Positions 26,416-36,776 of a stretch of DNA of 64,000 bases are shown here, piece after piece (the stretch's first letter is position 1; each line of letters begins with the position of its first letter). A program made the translations under genes and the position numbers. Under the pieces are notes generated by a model. That model saw nothing but the letters and a program-made list of their open reading frames with translations, was not told the origin of the DNA and searched no databases. The DNA is from Perna viridis (taxonomy: Eukaryota): the NCBI GenBank assembly GCA_037379345.1, contig CM074511.1, positions 26,790,862 through 26,854,861 on the forward strand. The letters are read 5' to 3'.

Positions 26416-26805
26416 TCAAAGTATGTGCTTTGGTCCTTGTTATGTTTTCTGCCCAAGTTTCCTTTGTAGAATACTAACAAGTAAAAGTATATACATGTAT
26501 GTAATATTCAGAATTATTCAGAGTAGTAGCTGTCGTAATCAAGACCGTACACATACACTACTACATAAAATGTTATCTTTATAACTTTTATTGAAGGAAA
26601 GCCTCCTTTGTAACTCAAGAATTTGTTGAAATTAATATGAGTGTTTGAGTATCATAATGTGAATGGGTTTGAAGTAAGATATTATTGTTGGATGCTTGCA
26701 AAAGTATATAATTCATTAAAGAGTTTTACATGTTCAGAGTTTTTAATAGGTATCTGTTTTGTATCCTGCTTACAGTTTTTCTAGTTTCTTTTTTCTTTAT
26801 ATTAG

Positions 26806-27056
26806 ATATGGATGCCAGACCATGGGACTTCCAGGCAGAGGAATGTGCATTACGTGCCTGCGTTGACCGATTTAACATCAGGCGATATGGCAACAATGGC
26901 AACGATCCAGATTTTAAACCCGTAGACAATTGTACTCTTAGTGTTTTAGGAGAGGAAATGGAACTTACTGATGAGTTTAAACAAAACTATGAACGTTGGT
27001 TAGATATAGAAGTTTTCTCAAATCAGATTGACTGGGATCAAGTTATAACTCATTGA
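26806..27056 (+). CDS. STRIP1: STRIP exon 20 (terminal coding exon)
   Basis: AG acceptor; DMDARPWDFQAEECALR...FKQNYERWLDIEVFS..IDWD; TGA stop; the 20 exons sum to 2397 nt = 798 aa + stop. Confidence 0.95.
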
Positions 27057-27851
27057 TGTTTCGATCAATATTTAGTATTAAGGGAAAATGTTGGTGCAAG
27101 TGTTATGGCAGATCCAAAGGAGTTTTTGGGGTTACAATCCAATTTTTATGTTGGAAAATTTGGTAATACTCTGCAAAATGAAGGCAAAAACAGATAAATG
27201 GTAACCTTGAAATCTTCCTTTTATAAACTTCTGGATCCATCCCTGGATGTATTCTTGTATGTCAACAGTACTATTAACTGTGGTAATATATAGATCACAA
27301 GGTGTCTGTTTATGTGAAATGTTTCTTAAAATGCCCTAAAGACTTTCGAAATTTAGTTTCATATATTAAAGGGTGTTCTGTAAGAAATATATATAAACAA
27401 ATAGAAATTGACCTGGACTTTTCAGCAGTCTCGCTATTATATACATGTACATAATATCTGTTTGTGACTTCCTTGCTTGTACATGTACTTTCAATTAACA
27501 TAGAAATTTGAAATCTTCTTTATGTAAAATTATTAACCTTCCAGTAAATCTATATTAATTTTATTGATATATTATCTGGGTCTTAACATTCATTGAGATT
27601 TCCCAAAGATAAATTTAAGATTTTAGGTATTAGGGCTAAAATGTCGAGAAACAAATTTAAAGATTCTAATACTTTTGTCAATGAACTTGGTACAAAAATA
27701 ATGATAAAACTATGGTAACTAGAAAATGCCTTCTCAGATTGATGATTTTCATAGAATTAGAAAGCCTGATTCTTTTGTACTAAGAAGATTGATAATGTAA
27801 TATGTTTTTTTATACAAGTATTGACTGTTATTTATTGCTTACTTGTTTTGT

Positions 27852-27857
27852 AATAAA
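27852..27857 (+). terminator. Candidate STRIP poly(A) signal
   Basis: AATAAA about 800 nt after the stop, followed by GT/T-rich sequence. Confidence 0.45.
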
Positions 27858-27859
27858 GA

Positions 27860-27990
27860 TTTGTAACTCATGGTCAGTGTTTTTTTCTGTGTATGTCTGA
27901 CCTAGTGTAAATTTTTGCAAACAAAAATTTGTAACTCATGGTCAGTGTTTTTTCCTGTATGTTTGATTTGGTTTAAATTTTTGCAAACAA
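27860..27990. repeat. ~68-bp tandem duplication downstream of the STRIP poly(A) signal
   Basis: TTTGTAACTCATGGTCAGTGTTTTTT...TAAATTTTTGCAAACAA occurs twice. Confidence 0.8.
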
Positions 27991-28359
27991 TCTTCTACTG
28001 CTAACTATTGTCCACCCATTTTAGCGACTTATACCTATTCATATTGACATCTTAATCCTATGTTGCTAAGTATCATATAACACATGTCAAGTTCTCTTAT
28101 GTTTAACCTACCTCACCTCCCACAAGTAACCTACCTGTTAAGTAGTGGGTTCATTTTCACTCAAAAAGTTTTGAATACTAGGGTATCTTGGATCCATGTT
28201 AGTGAAATTTTCATGACATTCTTTTTAAGTGTACATGTTTTAAGTGCCTTCTGTTGTAACCAATTGAAGACATAAGTAAATGAAAACTCCAGATGTCATC
28301 TTATTTTTTGGCTCTGTCATGTTTCATTGGTAAGAAGTTTAGATGTCTGGTCTTAAGTT

Positions 28360-28650
28360 GACTAGCTCCAACAGAAGGCAAAACTACATGTACTAGTACT
28401 ATTACAACTATAATGGAGGATAAGCTTTACAAGTTGCCTGCATCTAGACACAGCTGATAAAGAAACACAACAAACCCAGACAGAACAGATAAAAACTTAT
28501 GATGAAGAAACTGTCAAATTTTAAAGTTAAGACTGATTATCGTTCCACAGAACACAAATGCAAAGCACATATTGTTGACAGGCTCCTCGTATAGTCATTG
28601 CAAAATTTTCAACAACAAAAACGTTCATTTGTTGAAATACATGCAATGCC
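28360..28650 (+). pseudogene. Old, heavily decayed copy of the array gene (3' half of ORF plus 3' UTR)
   Basis: GCTCCAACAGAAGGCA..ACATGTACTA and ACAACAAACCCAGACAGAACAGATAAAAAC align to the unit ORF; stops and indels; stem-loop remnant GGCTCCTCGTATAGTC at 28581. Confidence 0.8.
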
Positions 28651-28859
28651 AAGGTGTGTAGGCGGCTAATTCTTTTAATTCATGACATTATATCTTTCAA
28701 AGTGTTTCAAATTTTATGTTTTTTTCTCAATCAAAATGTACGAACAGTTTAGATTCAGATAACAAAATGTGAACAAGTAAGAACTACCTATAAATGAGAA
28801 AAATACCATTTCTACATTGTTCCCTAACAATATATGTATATATACAGAATTACTGGAGC

Positions 28860-29684
28860 ATTTACATTTGCAGTGTTAGTTCCAGAAGGCCTGGCCCCGT
28901 GCAGGTCCGAGTGTTAAAAGAATAGGCCTGCAGCAGCGCTAAGCTTGTCGTAAAAGGCGACTAAATAGTGCTCAGAAACCTAGCCAGGGGCTAGGCGCTC
29001 TGTCCACAGAGCAACTGGGATGTGTGCCCCAGGTGGTGGAATGGGGTACCCCAGCCGTGTTATATGCTGGGGTTGTCAGGCTATAATACGGAAAACCTGG
29101 CCGCAAACCATAGTGGGCAACCATGTTGGGAAAGATGCTACGTTCCTCGCACGTTAAAGAACCCTGCTGTGGTATTCGATAGGAGTAGGAACCTTTGCGC
29201 TCCGCCAGAGGAGGCTAAATTGCCCGACCCTACCCACCCCCCCCTTTCATCTTGTGGCAATCAAAATTTGTTGACCCTATCATCCTTGTGTCCCATCCCC
29301 TTTTTTCATCACATCACCATTTAATGTTCATTTTATCATCCATTTCATGTTCATCGTCTCAATATAGCTGAAATATTGCTGCTCGGACGTTAAACCCCAA
29401 CAATCAATCAGAAGGCCTGTGAACAGATCAAATAAATAACCAGTCGTCTAGACTTATTACAAATGAGGTATGACAGAGCAAAGAGAGATGACCTCAAGAG
29501 TTTCCGTTATTCCTTACGTCTCCAATTGGCTGCAACAGAAGGCACTAGAAACATGTACTACGAGTATGCAGTAAGACAAGCTACACAAGTTGCCCGCCTA
29601 AAGACACAAGTCAAGAAATCAAAGCAAAGCAAGACAGAACAGATAGAAACACGAGATGCAGAGCCTGTCGAATGTCAAAATTAA
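28860..29684 (+). pseudogene. Array gene copy 0, disrupted by a retroposon insertion and in-frame stops
   Basis: Removing the insertion restores ...TGT TAG TTC CAG AAG GCC TGT GAA CAG ATC AAA TAA ATA ACC... (C*FQKACEQIK*IT); the downstream part is nearly identical to array copies. Confidence 0.85.
28894..29408 (+). mobile_element. ~515-bp non-autonomous retroposon/SINE with (CAAT)n tail and 11-bp TSD
   Basis: TSD CAGAAGGCCTG at 28883-28893 and 29409-29419; GC-rich body; 3' end ATAGCTGAAATATTGCTG..GACGTTAAACCCCAACAATCAAT typical of mollusc SINE/LINE tails. Confidence 0.85.
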
Positions 29685-30636
29685 GATGGCTGATATTGTG
29701 TCAGAGAAACAGAACACAGATGCACAGCACATGCACAGCACATGTTGCTGAAAGGCTCTTGTCAGAGCCAAGCAAATATTTCAAAAAGATTTTTTATTGA
29801 TGTACACGTCATGCCTAACTCTGAAACCCACGCATTCCCTTCAATGATGCCTGTTTTAAAACGAGTCCTAAACTTTTATTTACATAATTCATGCCACCGG
29901 CCAGCTCCAACCTCAAAAAAAAAACGCAGAAAAAAATAACCACCTATAATACTTCATCAAAACAAAAATAAAAAGAAGGAAACGTAAGAGAACTTATATG
30001 AGAAAGGCGTATTTATACAGTGGTAACAGTGTAAAATTTTAAAATAAAAAAAAGAAAGAAAAAAGAAAAAAAAAAGAAAAAAAACATTTTTCAGTTTGTT
30101 TTGAATCAACGTCAAGGTTTTGACGTAACAAAGTAAATTGAACAAGACTAGTACAGAAAAACTTCACCGTAAAAAGACTCCGTTATCCGTCATATATGTC
30201 GAAGGTGACATCGAATAAACACTGGTGCATTAAATAAAGACAATATAATGTAGAGCGAAGCATTTGCTGAACAAATAACTGTTACGGAAAGTTTTGTTTT
30301 AACATCTCCAGCAAGCTCTTGAATTGCTTAACGAGTACCTTTAAAATGAGGCTAGTCGTGTCGGACAAGTACAAAGCAAGGTATAATTATGTAACTGTTC
30401 ATCTAATGGCTGTCATACCGTATGACCTAAACCACAATTAATCAACCGGTCAATCACTTAATATTTATATATGAATCGTATTTGTATATATCGGACATAG
30501 TCCAGTCAAGTGAAGTTTACCCATTTTTCCTGAAAAACTAAGACAAGAACTGCACTGTAAGGTGCATGATTAAAGTTGTGTTCGGACAAATAGGGGAAAG
30601 AATTTTTAACTTAATTCGTAATGCTAATTTAAGAGA

Positions 30637-30819
30637 CACGTGATTACCGGATACGCTTACACCAATGCCGCTTTGATTGATTACCAATCAAAACAGTAAT
30701 CAACAATTGACAGCCGACAATCAATATCGATATCGGTGCCTTGACTAACCTAGAAATGACAAGGAGTAAATTCCGTCATGTTTATAAAACTACAAAGAAT
30801 TTACAATTAGGCATCACTA
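30637..30819 (+). promoter_or_regulatory. Pol II promoter of the array gene (repeated in every unit)
   Basis: CACGTG 30637, CCAAT 30662 and 30684, TGATTGAT 30674, TGACAG 30708, TATCGATA 30725, TATAAAA 30783, Inr-like GCATCACT ~30 nt downstream, then ACCATG at 30841. Confidence 0.7.
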
Positions 30820-30840
30820 TTGTATCCTACATCTACGACC

Positions 30841-31176
30841 ATGTCTGAGAAAACAGTCAAAGATCCAAGACTCTCACTGTATATTGCTGAGTGTAAGTTC
30901 CGGAAGTCATGCGAACAGATCAAACTAATAACCAGTCGTCTAGACTTATTACAAATGAGGTATGACAGAGCCAAGAGAGATGACCTCAAGAGTTTCCGTT
31001 ATTCCTTACGTCTCCAATTGGCTGCAACAGAAGGCACTAGAAACATGTACTACGAGTATGCAGTAAGACAAGCTACACAAGTTGCCCGCCTAAAGACACA
31101 AGTCAAGAAATCACAACAAACCAAGACAGAACAGATAGAAACACGAGATGCAGAGCCTGTCGAATGTCAAAATTAA
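30841..31176 (+). CDS. 111-aa basic coiled-coil protein of unknown function, array copy 1
   Basis: ACCATG start, intronless, TATA upstream, stem-loop downstream, clear heptads. Confidence 0.8.
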   Translation: MSEKTVKDPRLSLYIAECKFRKSCEQIKLITSRLDLLQMRYDRAKRDDLKSFRYSLRLQLAATEGTRNMYYEYAVRQATQVARLKTQVKKSQQTKTEQIETRDAEPVECQN

Positions 31177-31234
31177 GATGGCTGATATTGTGTCACAGAA
31201 ACAGAACACAGATGCACAGCACATGTTGCTGAAA

Positions 31235-31271
31235 GGCTCTTGTCAGAGCCAAGCAAATATTTCAAAAAGAT
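31235..31271 (+). terminator. Histone-mRNA-type 3' stem-loop plus purine-rich downstream element (repeated in every unit)
   Basis: aaaGGCTCT-TGTC-AGAGCCa versus canonical aaaGGCTCT-TTTC-AGAGCCa; 58 nt after the stop; CAAAAAGA 12 nt past the stem. Stem starts: 29754, 31235, 32699, 34193, 35684, 37171, 38670, 40156, 41652, 43147 (variant), 44639, 46131, 47625, 49117, 50607, 52111, 53613, 55119, 56614, 58104, 59598, 61088, 62577. Confidence 0.8.
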
Positions 31272-31771
31272 TTTTTATTGATGTACACGTCATGCCTAAC
31301 TCTGAAACCCACACATTCCCTTCAAAGATGCCTGTTTTAAAACGAGTCCTAAACTTTTATTTACATAATTCATGCCACCGGCCAGCTCCAACCTGAAAAA
31401 AAAATACGCAGAAAAACATAACCACCTATGATACTTCATCAAAAGAAAAATAAAAAGAAGGAAACGTAAGAGAACTTATATGAGAAAGACGTATATATAC
31501 AGTGGTAACAGTGTAGAATTTTAAAATAAAAAAGAAAGATAAAAAAGAAAAAAAACATCTTTTAGTTTGTTTTGAATCAACGTCAAGGTTTTGACGTAAC
31601 AAAGTAAATTGAACAAGACTAGTACAGAAAAACTTCACTGTTAAAAGACTCCGTTATCCGTCATATATGTCGAAGGTGACATCGAATAAACACTGGTGCA
31701 TTAAATAAAGACAATATAATGTAGAGCGAAGCATTTGCTGAACAAATAACTGTTACGGAAAGTTTTGTTTT

Positions 31772-31922
31772 AACATCTCCAGCAAGCTCTTGAATTGCTT
31801 AACGAGTACCTTTAAAATGAGGCTAGTCGTGTCGGACAAGTACAAAGCAAGGTATAATTATGTAACTGTTCATCTAATGGCTCTCATATGACCTAAACCC
31901 AATTAATCAACCGATCAATCAC
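31772..31922 (+). mobile_element. Decayed SINE 3' fragment carried in every unit spacer
   Basis: AGTACAAAGCAAGGT (31839-31853) is identical to the SINE at 16901-16915, followed by an ...ACCTAAACC..AATTAATCAACCGATCAATCA tail. Confidence 0.55.
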
Positions 31923-32304
31923 TTAATATTTATATATGAATCGTATTTGTATATATCGGACATAGTCCAGTCAAGTGAAGTTTACCCATTTTTCCTGAAA
32001 AACTAAGACAAGAACTGCGCTGTAAGGTACGTGCTTAAAGTTGTGTTCGGACAAATAGGGGAAAGAATTTTTAACTTAATTCGTAATGCTAATTTAAGAG
32101 ACACGTGATTACCGGGTACGCTTACACCAATGCCGCTTTGATTGATTACCAATCAAAACACTAATCAACACTTGACAGCCGACAATCAATATCGATATCG
32201 GTGCCTTGACTAACATAGAAATGGCAAGGAGTAAATTCCGTCATGTTTATAAAAGTACAAGAATTTACAATTAGGCATCACTATTGTATCCTACATCTAC
32301 GACC

Positions 32305-32640
32305 ATGTCTGAGAAAACAGTCAAAGATCCAAGACTCTCACTGTATATTGCTGAGTGTAAGTTCCGGAAGTCATGCGAACAGATCAAACTAATAATCAAT
32401 CGTCTAGACTTATTACAAATGAGGTATGACAGAGCCAAGAGAGATGACCTCAAGAGTTTCCGTTATTCCTTACGTCTCCAATTGGCTGCAACAGAAGGCA
32501 CTAGAAACATGTACTACGAGTATGCAGTAAGACAAGCTACACAAGCTGCCCGCCTCAAGACACAAGTCAAGAAATCACAGCAAAGCAAGACAGAACAGAT
32601 AGAAACACGAGATGCAGAGCCTGTCGAATGTCAAAATTAA
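32305..32640 (+). CDS. 111-aa array protein, copy 2 (T31I, S32N, V81A, T94S)
   Basis: Intact ORF, same unit structure. Confidence 0.8.
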   Translation: MSEKTVKDPRLSLYIAECKFRKSCEQIKLIINRLDLLQMRYDRAKRDDLKSFRYSLRLQLAATEGTRNMYYEYAVRQATQAARLKTQVKKSQQSKTEQIETRDAEPVECQN

Positions 32641-33020
32641 GATGGCTGATATTGTGTCACAGAAACAGAACACAGATGCACAGCACATGTTGCTGAAAGG
32701 CTCTTGTCAGAGCCAAGCAAATATTTCAAAAAGATTTTTTATTGATGTACACGTCATGCCTAACTCTGAAACCCACGCATTCCCTTCAATGATGCCTGTT
32801 TTAAAACGAGCCCTAAACTTTTATTTACATAATTCATGCCACCGGTCAGCTCCAACCTGAAAAAAAAAAACGCAGAAAAACATAACCACCTATGATACTT
32901 CATCAAAACAAAAATAAAAAGAAAGAAACGTAAGAGAACTTATATGAGAAAGGCGTATTTATACAGTGGTAACAGTGTAGAATTTTAAAAGAAAAAAAAA
33001 GAAAAAAGAAAAACAATTAA

Positions 33021-33051
<31 letters not shown>

Positions 33052-33798
33052 CTTTTAGTTTGTTTTGAATCAACGTCAAGGTTTTGACGTAACAAAGTAA
33101 ATTGAACAAGACTAGTACAGAAAAACTTCACTGTAAAAAGACTACGTTATCCGTCATATATGTCGAAGGTGACATCGAATAAATACTGGTGCATTAAATA
33201 AAGACAATATAATGTAGAGCGAAGCATATGCTGAACAAATAACTGTTACGGAAAGTTTTGTTTTAACATCTCCAGCAAGCTCTTGAATTGCTTAACGAGT
33301 ACCTTTAAAATGAGGCTAGTCGTGTCGGACAAGTACAAAGCAAGGTATAATTATGTAACTGTTCATCTAATGGCTGTCATATGACCTAAACCACAATTAA
33401 TCAACCGATCAATCACTTAATATTTATATATGAATCGTATTTGTATATATCGGACATAGTCCAGTCAAGTGAAGTTTACCCATTTTTCCTGAAAAACTAA
33501 GACAAGAACTGCGCTGTAAGGTGCATGCTTAAAGTTGTGTTCGGACAAATAGGGGAAAGAATTTTTAACTTAATTCGTAATGCTAATTTAAGAGACACGT
33601 GATTACCGGGTACGCTTATACCAATGCCGCTTTGATTGATTACCAATCAAAACAGTAATCAACACTTGACAGCCGACAATCAATATCGATATCGGTGCCT
33701 TGACTAACATAGAAATGGCAAGGAGTAAATTCCGTCATGTTTATAAAAGTACAAGAATTTACAATTAGGCATCACTATTGTATCCTACATCTACGACC

Positions 33799-34134
33799 AT
33801 GTCTGAGAAAACAGTCAAAGATCCAAGACTCTCGCTGTATATTGCTGAGTGTAAGTTCCGGAAGTCATGCGAACAGATCAAACTAATAACCAGTCGTCTA
33901 GACTTATTACAAATGAGGTATGACAGTGCCAAGAGAGATGACCTCAAGAGTTTCCGTTATTCCTTACGTCTCCAATTGGCTGCAACAGAAGGCACTAGAA
34001 ACATGTACTACGAGTATGCAGTAAGACAAGCTACACAAGTTGCCCGCCTCAAGACACAAGTCAAGAAATCACAACAAACCAAGACAGAACAGATAGAAAC
34101 ACGAGATGCAGAGCCTGTCGAATGTCAAAATTAA
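33799..34134 (+). CDS. 111-aa array protein, copy 3 (R43S)
   Basis: Intact ORF. Confidence 0.8.
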   Translation: MSEKTVKDPRLSLYIAECKFRKSCEQIKLITSRLDLLQMRYDSAKRDDLKSFRYSLRLQLAATEGTRNMYYEYAVRQATQVARLKTQVKKSQQTKTEQIETRDAEPVECQN

Positions 34135-35289
34135 GATGGCTGATATTGTGTCACAGAAACAGAATACAGATGCACAGCACATGTTGCTGAAAGGCTCTTG
34201 TCAGAGCCAAGCAAATATTTCAAAAAGATTTTTTATTGATGTACACGTCATGCCTAACTCTGAAACCCACGCATTCCCTTCAATGATGCCTGTTTTAAAA
34301 CGAGTCCTAAACTTTTATTTACATAATTCATGCCACCGGTCAGCTCCAACCTGAAAAAAAAAAAACGCAGAAAAACATAACCACCTATGATACTTCATCA
34401 AAACAAAAATAAAAAGAAAGAAACGTAAGAGAACTTATATGAGAAAGGCGTATTTATACAGTGGTAACAGTGTAGAATTTTAAAAGAAAAAAAAAGAAAA
34501 AAGAAAAACAATTAAAAAAACAAACAAAAAAAAAAAAACAACTTTCAGTTTGTTTTGAATCAACGTCAAGGTTTTGACGTAACAAAGTAAATTGAACAAG
34601 ACTAGTACAGAAAAACTTCACTGTAAAAAGACTACGTTATCCGTCATATATGTCGAAGGTGACATCGAATAAATACTGGTGCATTAAATAAAGACAATAT
34701 AATGTAGAGCGAAGCATATGCTGAACAAATAACTGTTACGGAAAGTTTTGTTTTAACATCTCCAGCAAGCTCTTGAATTGCTTAACGAGTACCTTTAAAA
34801 TGAGGCTAGTCGTGTCGGACAAGTACAAAGCAAGGTATAATTATGTAACTGTTCATCTAATGGCTGTCATATGACCTAAACCACAATTAATCAACCGATC
34901 AATCACTTAATATTTATATATGAATCGTATTTGTATATATCGGACATAGTCCAGTCAAGTGAAGTTTACCCATTTTTCCTGAAAAACTAAGACAAGAACT
35001 GCGATGTAAGGTACGTGCTTAAAGTTGTGTTCGGACAAATAGGGGAAAGAATTTTTAACTTAATTCGTAATGCTAATTTAAGAGACACGTGATTACCGGG
35101 TACGCTTACACCAATGCCGCTTTGATTGATTACCAATCAAAACAGTAATCAACACTTGACAGCCGACAATCAATATCGATATCGGTGCCTTGACTAACCT
35201 AGAAATGACAAGGAGTAAATTCCGTCATGTTTATAAAACTACAAAGAATTTACAAATAGGCATCACTATTGTATCCTACATCTACGACC

Positions 35290-35625
35290 ATGTCTGAGAA
35301 AACAGTCAAAGATCCAAGACTCTCACTGTATATTGCTGAATGTAAGTTCCGGAAGTCATGCGAACAGATCAAACTAATAACCAGTCGTCTAGACTTATTA
35401 CAAATGAGGTACGACAGAGCCAAGAGAGATGACCTCAAGAGTTTCCGTTATTCCTTACGTCTCCAATTGGCTGCAACAGAAGGCACTAGAAACATGTACT
35501 ACGAGTATGCAGTAAGACAAGCTACACAAGCTGCCCGCCTCAAGACACAAGTCAAGAAATCACAGCAAACCAAGACAGAACAGATAGAAACACGAGATGC
35601 AGAGCCTGTCGAATGTCAAAATTAA
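35290..35625 (+). CDS. 111-aa array protein, copy 4 (V81A)
   Basis: Intact ORF. Confidence 0.8.
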   Translation: MSEKTVKDPRLSLYIAECKFRKSCEQIKLITSRLDLLQMRYDRAKRDDLKSFRYSLRLQLAATEGTRNMYYEYAVRQATQAARLKTQVKKSQQTKTEQIETRDAEPVECQN

Positions 35626-36776
35626 GATGGCTGATATTGTGTCACAGAAACAGAATACAGATGCACAGCACATGTTGCTGAAAGGCTCTTGTCAGAGCCA
35701 AGCAAATATTTCAAAAAGATTTTTTATTGATGTACACGTCATGCCTAACTCTGAAACCCACGCATTCCCTTCAATGATGCCTGTTTTAAAACGAGTCCTA
35801 AACTTTTATTTACATAATTCATGCCACCGGTCAGCTCCAACCTGAAAAAAAAAACGCAGAAAAACATAACCACCTATAATACTTCATCAAAACAAAAATA
35901 AAAAGAAAGAAACGTAAGAGAACTTATATGAGAAAGGCGTATTTATACAGTGGTAACAGTGTAGAATTTTAAAAGAAAAAAAAAGAAAAAAGAAAAACAA
36001 TTAAAAAAAAACCAAAAAAAAAAAAACAACTTTCAGTTTGTTTTGAATCGACGTCAAGGTTTTGACGTAACAAAGTAAATTGAACAAGACTAGTACAGAA
36101 AAACTTCACTGTAAAAAGACTACGTTATCCGTCATATATGTCGAAGGTGACATCGAATAAATACTGGTGCATTAAATAAAGACAATATAATGTAGAGCGA
36201 AGCATATGCTGAACAAATAACTGTTACGGAAAGTTTTGTTTTAACATCTCCAGCAAGCTCTTGAATTGCTTAACGAGTACCTTTAAAATGAGGCTAGTCG
36301 TGTCGGACAAGTACAAAGCAAGGTATAATTATGTAACTGTTCATCTAATGGCTGTCATATGACCTAAACCACAATTAATCAACCGATCAATCACTTAATA
36401 TTTATATATGAATCGTATTTGTATATATCGGACATAGTCCAGTCAAGTGAAGTTTACCCATTTTTCCTGAAAAACTAAGACAAGAACTGCGCTGTAAGGT
36501 ACGTGCTTAAAGTTGTGTTCGGACAAATAGGGGAAAGAATTTTTAACTTAATTCGTAATGCTAATTTAAGAGACACGTGATTACCGGGTACGCTTACACC
36601 AATGCCGCTTTGATTGATTACCAATCAAAACAGTAATCAACACTTGACAGCCGACAATCAATATCGATATCGGTGCCTTGACTAACATAGAAATGGCAAG
36701 GAGTAAATTCCGTCATGTTTATAAAAGTACAAGAATTTACAATTAGGCATCACTATTGTATCCTACATCTACGACC

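Noticed and set aside
29115-29226. Complete HDV-like ribozyme
   Set aside because: A P3/L3-like hairpin and a GGGCAA/TTGCCC pairing are present, but I could not place P1, P1.1 and an adjacent P2 in the required order
29022-29324. 100-aa ORF inside the retroposon
   Set aside because: GTG start in a GC-rich non-coding element; no RT or endonuclease motifs
30820-30840. 118-aa version of the array ORF starting at TTG
   Set aside because: The TTG lies at the predicted TSS; the ATG at 30841 has ACC-ATG context and a plausible 5' UTR
30807-30989. 60-62-aa antisense ORF repeated in each unit
   Set aside because: Non-ATG start, shadow of the sense ORF, stop position varies between copies
31271-31362. 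CPE-like TTTTAT motifs in the array 3' region
   Set aside because: They lie downstream of the predicted stem-loop cleavage site and are expected by chance in AT-rich DNA
31395-31560. A-rich tracts as a retrogene or LINE poly(A) tail
   Set aside because: They are interrupted spacer tracts well past the stem-loop, with no TSD or RT; the unit retains its own promoter. Their length variation may partly be sequencing error
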